Positions 47,615 through 57,293 of a stretch of 64,000 nt of DNA are shown here, one piece after another. Location: positions 1 to 64,000 of IMG/VR virus record IMGVR_UViG_3300020048_003296; one strand, given 5' to 3'. The stretch is from an uncultured virus (IMG/VR IMGVR_UViG_3300020048_003296). Its lineage: Duplodnaviria > Heunggongvirae > Uroviricota > Caudoviricetes. Below the pieces are notes generated by a model. That model did no database searches. It had not been told where the DNA came from and worked only from the letters and a program-made list of their open reading frames with translations. Each line of letters begins with the position of its first letter. The first letter of the stretch is position 1. Position numbers and translations under genes: made by a program.

Positions 47615-48157
47615 TTACCCCACCGTTTTGGTAAAAATAGTTCCGGCTGTTGCGTACTGCTTTGCCAGAAGGTTAAAAGAATACACGTTCACGGGATCGG
47701 CGTCATTATCCGATTTTGGATTCATCGTATAACCGCCATCCATAAATACGTTGGGCAAAACATACGTGGTTGTCTGCGTGGAACCACTTGCGAGTTTGCG
47801 GGTATTAATCAATTTGATTGCTTTACCCAACTGCACGCTGGTCTGCCCGCCCACGGTCAATGAACCTGAAGTTCCAGTTATTACGCCACCGGAAAGTGCC
47901 GAGAAACTCGAACCATCATATTCCATCAAATCTATTCCGATGGTTGCGGTTTCTTTTGATACCCCTTGAATTGGGTCCACCGAGTTGCCCGATTGGGAAG
48001 TATAACTTTCTGCAACATACGCAAAAGATTTTACCATTCCCGCGCCAAGATTTACTACAATTGCCGCCGCAGATGCGCCCAATGCACCCACGTACATTGC
48101 GAAGTTTCCGACTTCGATTTTTGCATCCGCTACCGTACCATTCTGATAATACGCCAT
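47615..48157 (-). CDS. Major tail tube protein
   Basis: Position before the chaperones; 180 aa; AAGGAG RBS. Confidence 0.7.
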   Translation of the reverse strand: MAYYQNGTVADAKIEVGNFAMYVGALGASAAAIVVNLGAGMVKSFAYVAESYTSQSGNSVDPIQGVSKETATIGIDLMEYDGSSFSALSGGVITGTSGSLTVGGQTSVQLGKAIKLINTRKLASGSTQTTTYVLPNVFMDGGYTMNPKSDNDADPVNVYSFNLLAKQYATAGTIFTKTVG

Positions 48158-48169
48158 ATCTTTCTCCTT

Positions 48170-48586
48170 TTAAGAAACTGTACCTGTTGGATACACCAAT
48201 AAAATATCTATCGGTGCGTTATATATACCTTCCGCTGTTTCTGGAATCAAACCTTGCGCCTGTTTTAAACTACATCGTGTTACCGCGAAAGCGCCTGCTT
48301 CTCCATACGCGCCCGTACCAGATGTCCCATGAAATAAATCTATAACCTTTCTTGCCAAATTCAATGCTACCTCCGCCGTGGTGGCCCTACAATTTATACT
48401 AAATGAAGCACGCTCAATCCCATACTGTCTAACCGTTCCAGGCATTTCAAAATAATTAATGCATGGTGTCAATACTGTACCTGTGGTTCCAGTTGGTCTT
48501 GTTCCGTTATATATTCGAGCACTTACAATTGCGGTAATCGCAGTTGTTTGAGCCATTGAATATCCGATTGCCTGACTAGGTGACAT
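48170..48586 (-). CDS. Tail terminator / completion protein
   Basis: Position; ARIY..P..PCI pattern. Confidence 0.65.
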   Translation of the reverse strand: MSPSQAIGYSMAQTTAITAIVSARIYNGTRPTGTTGTVLTPCINYFEMPGTVRQYGIERASFSINCRATTAEVALNLARKVIDLFHGTSGTGAYGEAGAFAVTRCSLKQAQGLIPETAEGIYNAPIDILLVYPTGTVS

Positions 48587-49072
48587 TTATATAGCCTCCG
48601 GTCTGCGCAAATAATCCCCAAAATAAAACTTTCCATTTTCTTTCAGCAATGTTATTATTTTACCCTTTGCTAAATCCAATGCAGGACGCAGAAAAGGTTG
48701 GGCATCAGATTTAATAGTTCCAAATTCTACGTGTGGTCCATATTCAACCGCCGTACCAACTAATACTTCATTAGGATCATTTGGCGCGTCTATCTTTTTA
48801 AAATTATCTGGCATTGAATTATAAAATGCCGATTGAGCATTTCCTTTTATTGTTTTTCCAGGATTGGGTTTTACTGTCGATATTTCCGTGCTTTGAGAAA
48901 CACTGGCAACGGTAATACTTGCGGCAAGATATCCCATATCAATTGGGCATAATAGTTTTGCTTGCCCTTCAACGATCAAACCCAATTCCCATGCGGTTTT
49001 TCCTGTTGCTTTGTGACCTTGTATTTTTACTGCTTCGCCGTTCCATTGGGTTTCTACAGTTGACTTTATCAT
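48587..49072 (-). CDS. HK97 gp10-like neck protein
   Basis: AK..CPIDMGYL, YGPHVEFGT, QPFLRPA. Confidence 0.85.
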   Translation of the reverse strand: MIKSTVETQWNGEAVKIQGHKATGKTAWELGLIVEGQAKLLCPIDMGYLAASITVASVSQSTEISTVKPNPGKTIKGNAQSAFYNSMPDNFKKIDAPNDPNEVLVGTAVEYGPHVEFGTIKSDAQPFLRPALDLAKGKIITLLKENGKFYFGDYLRRPEAI

Positions 49073-49396
49073 TGTAGACGCTCCAATCCTGTTATAAGTA
49101 TTTCACCTTTAAACGCCACATCATCCGATGGCCCAGTGATTTTATACGTTACCGCATTATAAATAACTTCTTTGTCATTTACAGTAAAGGAATAATCACT
49201 TGGGNNNNNNNNNNTTCTGTGCTTTGTGAAATACTCGCAACCGTTATACTCGCCGCCAAATAACCATAATCAATTGGGCATAAAAGTTTTGCCTGTCCTT
49301 CAACAATCAAACCTAATTCCCATGCAGTTTTTCCCGTTACTTTGTGGCCCTGTATTTTTGCTTTTTCGCCATTCCAAATCAGGTTGACGTCCGTTC

Positions 49397-49729
49397 TCAT
49401 TGTAGACGCTCCAATCCTGTTATAAGTATTTCACCTTTAAATGCAACGTCATCCGAAGGGCCAGTTATTTTATACGTTACCGCATTATAAATAACTTCTT
49501 TGTCATTTACAGTAAATGTATAATCACTTGGAATGGTTACTAGTACGTGCGTGCTTGCGCGAAACATTCTGTCTGAAATATATCTTTGCGATTGCCCCGG
49601 ACTCCATATAGAAGCATTATGCGCGAGCGTAGAAACGGTCGTGGCTACAGTCGTTCCACCCATACCATCGTTGGTTTCTGTTTTGCGAACTATTTGTATG
49701 CCTTTTAAATCGAGCATATCGCGTAACAT
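49397..49729 (-). CDS. Head closure protein
   Basis: DGMGG motif; position. Confidence 0.7.
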   Translation of the reverse strand: MLRDMLDLKGIQIVRKTETNDGMGGTTVATTVSTLAHNASIWSPGQSQRYISDRMFRASTHVLVTIPSDYTFTVNDKEVIYNAVTYKITGPSDDVAFKGEILITGLERLQ

Positions 49730-50316
49730 TAAAATAACCTCGCAATCCGGTAATCTGTTAATTCTTCAACCAGCTTGCGCGGGTATCCCCATTCGTCCTC
49801 TTTTCCATCGGTAAATGTTTCACTGAATGGACCAAGTGAATGTGATTTTACATTCGCACTGATGGAATCGCGCACATCATAATCATACGCAACCATTTTT
49901 GCCGCTACAATCTGAACTGGTAACGGCCATTGTACCAAAGCAAATGTTATAAACTTTCCTGAACTGTTTGTAAATGTTTCATTAATAACGGAACCAGAAC
50001 TTGTTATAAATAATTCGGTATTACTTATGGATGCAATTGTCTGGACGCCATCGTTGCGCACGCTTCCATATATTAATATATCATCGCCTGCTTGAAATCC
50101 GTAATCTTCCCATTTTTCCGCGCTCAATAAAATAGAACCCGTGCTTGCGGTAAATGTTGCCGTAGTTTGCAGTGCTACGTCATCTTGTACAAAATAATTA
50201 TTTAACATCATACAAATTCGGGACTGTACTTTTTTTATAAGCCCGCTTGCAATAATAGTAGCGGAAGATGCGGTTATATTGGAATATTGCGTGCATTGCG
50301 TTCCGCTGATTATCAT
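49729..50316 (-). CDS. Head-tail adaptor
   Basis: Position; KSHSLGPFSETF C-terminal pattern. Confidence 0.6.
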   Translation of the reverse strand: MIISGTQCTQYSNITASSATIIASGLIKKVQSRICMMLNNYFVQDDVALQTTATFTASTGSILLSAEKWEDYGFQAGDDILIYGSVRNDGVQTIASISNTELFITSSGSVINETFTNSSGKFITFALVQWPLPVQIVAAKMVAYDYDVRDSISANVKSHSLGPFSETFTDGKEDEWGYPRKLVEELTDYRIARLF

Positions 50317-50317
50317 A

Positions 50318-50854
50318 TTACACTTCCCTGTAATAGTAAGTTAATTTAAAATTAACGCGGGTTGCCGCATTATCTGCAACAAATCGCATTAAATATGTAG
50401 CGCCGCCTTTTAAAAGCCATTCATTTCTTTGGGTTGCGCTTCCACCAACTGTCGATTGATTTGTGCTTACACCAGTACTCAAAATCGTTTCCAATACCGT
50501 TCCTGAACTCGTATATGTCACGGTATGCGCGAGCACCACGGGATCGGGTTTATCAATTGCCATATCTCTATAATTATTTGCCGATACGAGCGTGGTGCCG
50601 CCCGATGCATTTGGATTTTCGCTAAAAGTAAATACACCGGTATTATTTGCGGTAACACCAGCAATAAAATGAATATAACGTCCTGAACCTGCCGCAGGCG
50701 GTGTTATCAATACAGTTACTGCCGTTCCAGTTCCCACCGATACATAATGATCTGCAGTATAATGTTGCCCATCATGAATAATACTATGAACTGGGTCCAT
50801 CGTTTTCGATAAACCAGTAAGTAAATCTTGTGGATAAAATAATGAACTGGGCAT
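50318..50854 (-). CDS. Virion structural protein
   Basis: AGGAGG RBS; Thr/Gly-rich beta protein in the head module. Confidence 0.5.
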   Translation of the reverse strand: MPSSLFYPQDLLTGLSKTMDPVHSIIHDGQHYTADHYVSVGTGTAVTVLITPPAAGSGRYIHFIAGVTANNTGVFTFSENPNASGGTTLVSANNYRDMAIDKPDPVVLAHTVTYTSSGTVLETILSTGVSTNQSTVGGSATQRNEWLLKGGATYLMRFVADNAATRVNFKLTYYYREV

Positions 50855-50874
50855 TTTCTACCTCCTTATTATTA

Positions 50875-50913
50875 TATAACAGTGGGCGTTTTTATTTCAC
50901 ACCCACTGTTATA
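50875..50913 (-). terminator. Hairpin terminator after the capsid genes
   Basis: TATAACAGTGGG/CCCACTGTTATA 12-bp inverted repeat. Confidence 0.55.
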
Positions 50914-50919
50914 ATTACT

Positions 50920-51324
50920 TTACGGAAGCATGTACGCACTTACGTACACAGTGCCCGCCGTGGTTACGGTGAATACTGCTTTGCCCTTATAGGTGGAATC
51001 GTTCTGAAGGAACCGTGCCGATTCAAAACTCTTGCCTCCGAATGCCGCAATGGTATACAATGCGGAAGTACCGGTTGCAATCGTGAGAGCCGTGCCCGCG
51101 CCCTGGGATACCTCGCTATAATCATCCCCCACATTCAACGTGATTACGCACGATGCCGTACTGGAATAATTCTCAAATACTACAACCAATTTGCTCAGAT
51201 CAAGGGCACTCTGTGCAGTGGTTGCCGCGATTATGATAGTTTCCGAAGTTCCGCCGGTATCCACGCGAGTTAGGGACGCGCCAGTGATAAGCGGGGTAAC
51301 TGGATTAATCGTTTTACTTCCCAT
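50920..51324 (-). CDS. Capsid decoration-like protein
   Basis: Directly after the major capsid gene; AGGAG RBS. Confidence 0.5.
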   Translation of the reverse strand: MGSKTINPVTPLITGASLTRVDTGGTSETIIIAATTAQSALDLSKLVVVFENYSSTASCVITLNVGDDYSEVSQGAGTALTIATGTSALYTIAAFGGKSFESARFLQNDSTYKGKAVFTVTTAGTVYVSAYMLP

Positions 51325-51349
51325 ATCATTTCTCCTTTCTTAAGAAATA

Positions 51350-52216
51350 TTAACCTGCAACCTCGGTAAGGTGCAGACAGCCAAGTGCATCAGGACGAGC
51401 GACTTTCGCGCCGTACACATAAAGACCCTTGACGCCTTCGCCGAAAGAATCCTGCAACTCGACCGCTTTGATTTTGGCTACCTGGCCGGCATACGAAATC
51501 GCGGAAGTGTTGCCGCACATAATGGCGGAAACGGACGATGCAGATGCCTGAACATTATTGGACACAAGGAAATTAAATCCCAATGCCTGGCCAACAAAGC
51601 CGGACGTCAGTGCGCCGTTATCAAAAGTTTTCGGTACTGCGGTCGCGCTGATACCACCGATTTCGGCAAGCAACATTTTCTGATGCAACCAAGGGGTTAC
51701 GACCATGAAACGATTTGCCTGCGGAACATTCTTCTCGGACAAATAACGTCCTGCAAAAGAAAGGGTAAGAATCACGTTGCCAGACGATACGCTGATGGGG
51801 GACGCGCTGGATCCCATGTACGTGGTATTGGTAACGCCTGCCTGCGCATACAAGCTGAGCAAATACTGGTCAATGGTATCGGCAATCGAGTACGATGCCT
51901 CGTCCATTGCGGCATTCATCAATTTGGGATTGACCTGCGCGGTGTCGATATCATCCATTTTAAAACTGAATGATTTTGCCTGATCGATGATGAGTTCTTT
52001 CTGTGCGGAAGTGAGTTCGGCCCAAGTGAGCGTCCCGTATTTCGCATAGTCAGAAATGGTGATCGGTCCGATTTCATTTATCTTGACCCTATCGCCATAA
52101 TTTCTAATTTCGCCTTCATAATCGTTATTCACGATAGAAGCGGCCACCAACTGTTTTCTGAGTCGCACAAAAAGTTTGGCGCTCCAAATCGTTGGGATAA
52201 AACTTGCTACACCCAT
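51350..52216 (-). CDS. Major capsid protein (P22 coat-like, HK97 fold)
   Basis: FIPTIWS, YEGEI..GDRVKI, LIIDQ, GLYVYGAKV. Confidence 0.88.
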   Translation of the reverse strand: MGVASFIPTIWSAKLFVRLRKQLVAASIVNNDYEGEIRNYGDRVKINEIGPITISDYAKYGTLTWAELTSAQKELIIDQAKSFSFKMDDIDTAQVNPKLMNAAMDEASYSIADTIDQYLLSLYAQAGVTNTTYMGSSASPISVSSGNVILTLSFAGRYLSEKNVPQANRFMVVTPWLHQKMLLAEIGGISATAVPKTFDNGALTSGFVGQALGFNFLVSNNVQASASSVSAIMCGNTSAISYAGQVAKIKAVELQDSFGEGVKGLYVYGAKVARPDALGCLHLTEVAG

Positions 52217-52228
52217 GTTCTTCTCCTT

Positions 52229-52873
52229 TTATTCTACGATTGCAGAATCAAGAGCGCCTTCCATTTCAAGCTTTATAAGTTCAGCCTGCGATAGTGTGGT
52301 CAAATCTTGTTTCTGCCCATTCGTTTTCTTTTCATTACCCTGTCCGGGTTTATAGCCCGAGGCGAGTAATTCATTTGTAACTTTCAATGAAACATCTTTA
52401 TCATGCTTTGCTATATTTTGAAGAAAAAGTTTTCCGACCTCGATGCTGGGAGGCACATAATCCTCGATAAAGAAAGGATTGACGCCCATTTTCACTGCTT
52501 CCTCAACCAACTGCCGTTTCAAATTGTCACGCGCCCGCTCTGCCTTTTCATTTTCAAGATTTTCTTTCATTTCGCGCAAATCTTTTTGCCATGGTTCTTC
52601 TTGAGGATTAAGCTTCAATACTTCCACGGCCAGGCGCTTCTTGATTTCGTTCTCCAAAATGTCTGCGTGTGCTTTATCGCGTGTCTTCACTGCTTTGGTA
52701 ACGGCCTGGTCAATGCGCGGGTTAAGAATTGTTTTGCCTTCTTCAGTTCCCAAAAATGTTTCAACTTCGGCGGAAGTCAATTCATGTTCAGGACTCAGTT
52801 CAGCAAGAAACGCCTTAACTTCGGCATCGTCTTTATTGGCTGCTAGGAATGCTTTGATTTCTTCGATGGTCAT
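52229..52873 (-). CDS. Capsid scaffolding protein (DUF4355-like)
   Basis: Helical, charged, upstream of the capsid gene; DQAVTKAVKT. Confidence 0.75.
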   Translation of the reverse strand: MTIEEIKAFLAANKDDAEVKAFLAELSPEHELTSAEVETFLGTEEGKTILNPRIDQAVTKAVKTRDKAHADILENEIKKRLAVEVLKLNPQEEPWQKDLREMKENLENEKAERARDNLKRQLVEEAVKMGVNPFFIEDYVPPSIEVGKLFLQNIAKHDKDVSLKVTNELLASGYKPGQGNEKKTNGQKQDLTTLSQAELIKLEMEGALDSAIVE

Positions 52874-53136
52874 TTTCTTTTCTCCTTGCCCTTAGAAGTT
52901 TTGCTTGGTGCAACTGCCTTCAAGTGCTTATTCGATTTAGGCGGGCGTCCTCGTCCGCGTTTTGTTTCAATAACTGCAACTTTATTTTTAATTACTTTCT
53001 TTTCCGTTGCGGGTATTGCCATTTGTTTAGATTCCTTAACGGGCTTGGGTTCCTGGGGTGTTGCGGGAAATGCGTTGGCAAGTGATTCTTGTCTCCGCGC
53101 CCGTGCTTCCAGTTTCCGTTGCCTTTCCTTATTCAC
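52870..53136 (-). CDS. Small basic protein with AT-hook
   Basis: KRGRGRPPK; GAGG RBS. Confidence 0.65.
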   Translation of the reverse strand: MNKERQRKLEARARRQESLANAFPATPQEPKPVKESKQMAIPATEKKVIKNKVAVIETKRGRGRPPKSNKHLKAVAPSKTSKGKEKRK

Positions 53137-53162
53137 TTTTATTCCTCCTTATGGAATACAAA

Positions 53163-53239
53163 TAAAAAAGAGCGCCCGCCGCGTGTAATAATTAATTAAA
53201 ATTACTGCAAACAGCTGACGCTCTCCAGATTACTGGTCG
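53163..53239 (-). promoter_or_regulatory. Leader hairpin plus terminator (attenuator-like) before the head genes
   Basis: CCAG-UAAU-CUGG hairpin abutting the AGAGCGUC...GGCGCUCU-UUUUU stem. Confidence 0.5.
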
Positions 53240-53288
53240 AACTTCTTTGTCTATAATACGATTATATAACATTTATGCTAAAATGTAT

Positions 53289-53375
53289 ACAGACCATCTA
53301 CAATCGACGCAAAACGGGTCCAACGTGATTTTATACGTTTTCTTGTTTAAAACCTCGTGTAGAGCCAGGAAACGC
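53289..53375 (+). repeat. Dispersed 87-bp repeat, copy C
   Basis: Core inverted: CGTGATTTTATACG at 53324-53337. Confidence 0.8.
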
Positions 53376-53378
53376 GCT

Positions 53379-53573
53379 TTAAACGGGTTTTACAGCGCCT
53401 GAAATCGGCATTAATGCGTAATGTTCCGTATCCATTGACGTTTTGCGTACATCGACAACCTGGCCTCGACAAATAGTGAAACTTATTGCCACTTCACCGT
53501 ATTCTTTCTTTTCCAATTCTTTTCTTAACCAACCAATATATGTTTCTATTGCCGTGCCCGTTGTACTTATCAT
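53379..53573 (-). CDS. DUF2292/YezD-like small protein
   Basis: YGEVAISFTICRGQVVDV pattern. Confidence 0.5.
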   Translation of the reverse strand: MISTTGTAIETYIGWLRKELEKKEYGEVAISFTICRGQVVDVRKTSMDTEHYALMPISGAVKPV

Positions 53574-53770
53574 TTAATAACCCTTTTTTCTTGTGCCATT
53601 TGTAAGCATACTATAAAATCTTCAATATCGCCGACTGTGTTATGCTCGACAAATAATTCTGCCATTCCCATCCATGACCAAATATCTTTTTCAAACAAAT
53701 TAATCATTATGGATGCGACTTCTTTTGGCATGTTTGCTTCTTTTACTTCTTTCATTCAAATACTCCTTTT

Positions 53771-54016
53771 CTATAGGTATGGGTTTTTATCATCATTATT
53801 GGATCCCTTCCTTTTCCTTTTACCGTAGCCACCAAATGTTCCGCTTCTTTTTGGTTTTGCTGCTCGACTTCCTGCCTTTATACTTGGTCGTGCCTTTTCC
53901 ATCTCACGAAATTTTTTTATTTTTTCTTCCATGGATAAAGGTGATTTTTTACTACTTGTGGTTTTGCTTTTCCCACCGCTACTTCCCTTTTTCCTGCCTG
54001 ATCCAGGTCCACCCAT
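53771..54016 (-). CDS. Small basic protein, MGGPGSGR family (copy 2)
   Basis: AGGAGG RBS; shared N-terminus. Confidence 0.8.
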   Translation of the reverse strand: MGGPGSGRKKGSSGGKSKTTSSKKSPLSMEEKIKKFREMEKARPSIKAGSRAAKPKRSGTFGGYGKRKRKGSNNDDKNPYL

Positions 54017-54025
54017 ATTATCCTC

Positions 54026-54898
54026 CTATGACTGCTTCAATGCGTAGACAATACTGCCTACTTTTATTCTAATTGACCCGGCATGGTCATTTGTCGCCGG
54101 TGCCAATGGAATTCCTAAATACCCACCTGCATATTTTATTCTTAAATCGCTAGTGCTTGGCGTTATATGCGCCCCCAATATCGCACCATTATATAAATTA
54201 ATAACATAAATAAGATTATCCGCACTGTATGAGCATGTGGCATCTCCAGCGAAATCTATTTGCCCGCTTCCATCGTATGAAATAGAAATTGTATTGGTAC
54301 CTGAACCGCTAAACTCTATTCCGCCAGAGCCGTTGCATGATAATGAAACAAAAGTATTACCTGATCCTGCAAATGCTATTGAACCTGAACCATTATAAAT
54401 ATAATTCTTGCTTGCAATGGCGCTTCCACTAAATGCGATGCTTCCTGATCCATTATAGGAATATGAATTGATTCCGCTTGAGCATGTTGCACTTCCGCCA
54501 AATATTATTCCGCCTGAACCAGTGTATATATAATTTTTACTTGCGATTGCAGAACCAGCAAAGTTTATCCCGCCCGAGCCCGTGTATAAATAACCTTTTA
54601 TTACATTGGCAGAACCGGCAAACGCTACACTACCGCTTCCGCCATATATATAATTTTTACTTGCTACCGCGCTTCCTGCAAATGTTATACTTCCTGAACC
54701 TGTATAACTAAATCCTGTAACGGCATAAGAACAAACCGCTTCACCGGCAAAGGTAATTGAACCTGAGCCGGTATATGAATATGTTGCAGTTCCAGCGGCA
54801 TCGAAAAATACGCCCTGCAAAAAGGTACTCGCATAGTAACCGTCAGGGTTAATATATTGAGAATCAAAAACCCTTCCAGTTCTATTGCTTTCGCTCAT
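54026..54898 (-). CDS. Virion protein with about 20-aa YxGSGxIxFxGSA repeats
   Basis: About 9 tandem repeats visible in protein and DNA. Confidence 0.7.
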   Translation of the reverse strand: MSESNRTGRVFDSQYINPDGYYASTFLQGVFFDAAGTATYSYTGSGSITFAGEAVCSYAVTGFSYTGSGSITFAGSAVASKNYIYGGSGSVAFAGSANVIKGYLYTGSGGINFAGSAIASKNYIYTGSGGIIFGGSATCSSGINSYSYNGSGSIAFSGSAIASKNYIYNGSGSIAFAGSGNTFVSLSCNGSGGIEFSGSGTNTISISYDGSGQIDFAGDATCSYSADNLIYVINLYNGAILGAHITPSTSDLRIKYAGGYLGIPLAPATNDHAGSIRIKVGSIVYALKQS

Positions 54899-54904
54899 TG
54901 CTTT

Positions 54905-55720
54905 TTATCCTTGTATCAATTTGACGGTTGCTTCAATCACACCGGTGGATGTGGTTGAATCTAATGTAAAAAACATAATACAAGAATTATTATAAACAAT
55001 AGGCATACCCACGCCAGCGAAATCTTTATCCACGCCCACATTTGGCATACCCATATTTATTGCAGGCGTCAATCTTCGCGTTGCTGTTATACCCCAACTT
55101 CCTGCTGTTCCCGTTGCCGTAGTAAATCGGAAACTTTTTATACCCACGATTGGATGCCCAACATTTGGGAATATTCTTTGCGCTCGGCTGTCCTGGTTCG
55201 CAGGTGAAGTACCACCCAATGTTACAGTAGTCGTCTGTACTGAACTCGTTGGTGAATCATAAGTAAATGTTACTACACCGCCTGTGGTTCCAATATCGGT
55301 ATATATTTCAGTCCACCATTCTACATTCGAGCAATCAGCTAAAATACCACGGTCAGTAATTCCAGAAACATTTACACCCGTTAAAGCCGTAAGCGTAGTT
55401 GCATTTGCGCTTAATCCGCCATTAGCAAGTAATCTATCGTAAACATAAAATGAATTACTAATAGAACCAGCAACACTTAGATTTGACATATAACAAGTCA
55501 AACCAGTTGCTACCGTTATTACGCCTAATGATCCTACCAATGATGAAAGACACGTTGCGCCGGTAGCCGTTGGAATTCCTCCTTGCGCGGGCATACCGGT
55601 GCCACGCCATAATGAAGAAAATTGCCCTGCGCCTTGCGTTGCTATTGATGCTTTTGCTACGGTATAATCCACGCCCGTATTCATAGCGGCAACTAAACCA
55701 TCAAACGTAGTTATAGCCAT
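54905..55720 (-). CDS. Virion structural protein (Thr/Gly-rich)
   Basis: MAITT start; VYDRL motif; late operon. Confidence 0.55.
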   Translation of the reverse strand: MAITTFDGLVAAMNTGVDYTVAKASIATQGAGQFSSLWRGTGMPAQGGIPTATGATCLSSLVGSLGVITVATGLTCYMSNLSVAGSISNSFYVYDRLLANGGLSANATTLTALTGVNVSGITDRGILADCSNVEWWTEIYTDIGTTGGVVTFTYDSPTSSVQTTTVTLGGTSPANQDSRAQRIFPNVGHPIVGIKSFRFTTATGTAGSWGITATRRLTPAINMGMPNVGVDKDFAGVGMPIVYNNSCIMFFTLDSTTSTGVIEATVKLIQG

Positions 55721-55722
55721 GA

Positions 55723-56112
55723 TTAATCTCCAGTCAGATTCAATGTTATTTTAATTGAACCACCACCTGCGGGCAATGTAAAAGGCGCTCCGGTAAATCG
55801 TTCAGCGTAAATCAAAACTGATCCTGCCGAATTCGTGACGGTGTACCCATAACAAGAAACTGCCGTGGTCGGTAGGAACTCTTGTTCTGCGTATGAAGCA
55901 GTGGTTATATTTGTTGCCGTCGATACAACCCAAGATCCCGTTAGTAAAGTTTTATGCGCGTATCCCGCAACCACGCATTCCGTGAAACTTCCTATAACAC
56001 TGCCTTCGGTGCATGTATAATCGTTGGTATAAAGTTTTAACTTGCTTCCTTCATACGTCAACGCCCTTGTGAGTATTTCGCGCTCACCAACATCTGGTAC
56101 CATTAATGCCAT
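55723..56112 (-). CDS. Virion structural protein
   Basis: LKLYTND...GY...YAERF pattern of phage fibre-associated proteins. Confidence 0.55.
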   Translation of the reverse strand: MALMVPDVGEREILTRALTYEGSKLKLYTNDYTCTEGSVIGSFTECVVAGYAHKTLLTGSWVVSTATNITTASYAEQEFLPTTAVSCYGYTVTNSAGSVLIYAERFTGAPFTLPAGGGSIKITLNLTGD

Positions 56113-56123
56113 ATCATTCCTCC

Positions 56124-56954
56124 TTAGATTAGATCAGTACGAATTACAATTTTCGAGCCAGCTGCAAATGCCGCTGCTTCTTCTATCGCGCTTGCACATT
56201 CAGTAATTAAATCAGTTAAATTAAAACCGCCTTCAGAAACTTTCATATTATTCTTCATATCAATTCCAGTTGGACCTATTTCAAATTTAACTGATTCTTC
56301 TGTGGCGCCTTCCCCATCCACACAAAACTTTATAACAGTTCCTGGTGTTATTGTGGTTACTATTAAATTACCATCTGCCATTAAAAGGTAACCATCGTTG
56401 GGCGCCATTGCAGTGTACGATTCTCCTCCATCGTATCCTGAATTATTCATACCCAAATCAATAAAGTGTAGTTCATCTTCGCCGTTGTCTGCCGTTATAA
56501 TCATATCAGCAGAAGCACTTACACCGCTATTCCTGTTCTGTAGATTTATCTGCAAATAAGAGTCAATATCGCCGCTGACACCCAATGGATTATCAGGAAG
56601 GAATATTGCATTACCAATAGACACTGCTTGTAAATCTTCATCAAATATAAAATCTTCATTACCAACGAATAAACCATTTTTTACATACGCTATTTGTTTA
56701 TTAGTCATGGTTGTGGTTTGATCTGCCCACTGTGTATTAAAATCTACACTGTCAACTTTTATAAGTCGCTGTCCTATCGTACCACCAGGAGGAACGCCGG
56801 GACCAGTCGCACCAGTATTGCCAGGAACACCGCTTTGTGTAGAAACGGTAACGGCTATTGGCGCGGCTTCTGTAACTGTTACATTAAATTCATTTTCAGT
56901 AACCGCCGTAACAGTTATTACATCAGGCGGATTTACTGTTACGATTGTACTCAT
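56124..56954 (-). CDS. Fibre-like structural protein
   Basis: Short G-X-Y stretch and GGTIGQRLIK..DFNTQW motif. Confidence 0.6.
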   Translation of the reverse strand: MSTIVTVNPPDVITVTAVTENEFNVTVTEAAPIAVTVSTQSGVPGNTGATGPGVPPGGTIGQRLIKVDSVDFNTQWADQTTTMTNKQIAYVKNGLFVGNEDFIFDEDLQAVSIGNAIFLPDNPLGVSGDIDSYLQINLQNRNSGVSASADMIITADNGEDELHFIDLGMNNSGYDGGESYTAMAPNDGYLLMADGNLIVTTITPGTVIKFCVDGEGATEESVKFEIGPTGIDMKNNMKVSEGGFNLTDLITECASAIEEAAAFAAGSKIVIRTDLI

Positions 56955-57280
56955 ATAACCTCCACCGGTCCTTCAATAAAGCGCCTTGATAATCCATTAT
57001 CATCAATATATTTTAATTTCCATGAGTGCATTCTTTCGCTTGACGTAACGCCGAGTAATGAAGTTGTGGACGCATAGAATAACGCCTGCAATGTCCCAGC
57101 GCTCGTGCTTGTTTGATTAAGCACTGTGGGAATAACAAATGATCCTTCATTATATTCTTGTACCGTTAAAGTAAAAGTGTATAACGCAATATTGGTGAAT
57201 GGTATATTAAAAGTAAAAAACATATCATCGCTTTGTGATAGTTTAATAGTTTCAGTTCCGGGCACTTGTTCTATCGCCAT
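56951..57280 (-). CDS. Virion structural protein (BppU-like Ig fold possible)
   Basis: GGAGG RBS; beta-strand pattern ending FIEGPVEV. Confidence 0.5.
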   Translation of the reverse strand: MAIEQVPGTETIKLSQSDDMFFTFNIPFTNIALYTFTLTVQEYNEGSFVIPTVLNQTSTSAGTLQALFYASTTSLLGVTSSERMHSWKLKYIDDNGLSRRFIEGPVEVI

Positions 57281-57293
57281 AAGTAACCTCCTT

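Noticed and set aside
49069..49532. Apparent duplication of the head-closure 3' end and HK97 gp10 5' end
   Set aside because: The two near-identical copies meet at an N-gap; most likely two strain haplotypes scaffolded in tandem, not a real duplication or variable cassette
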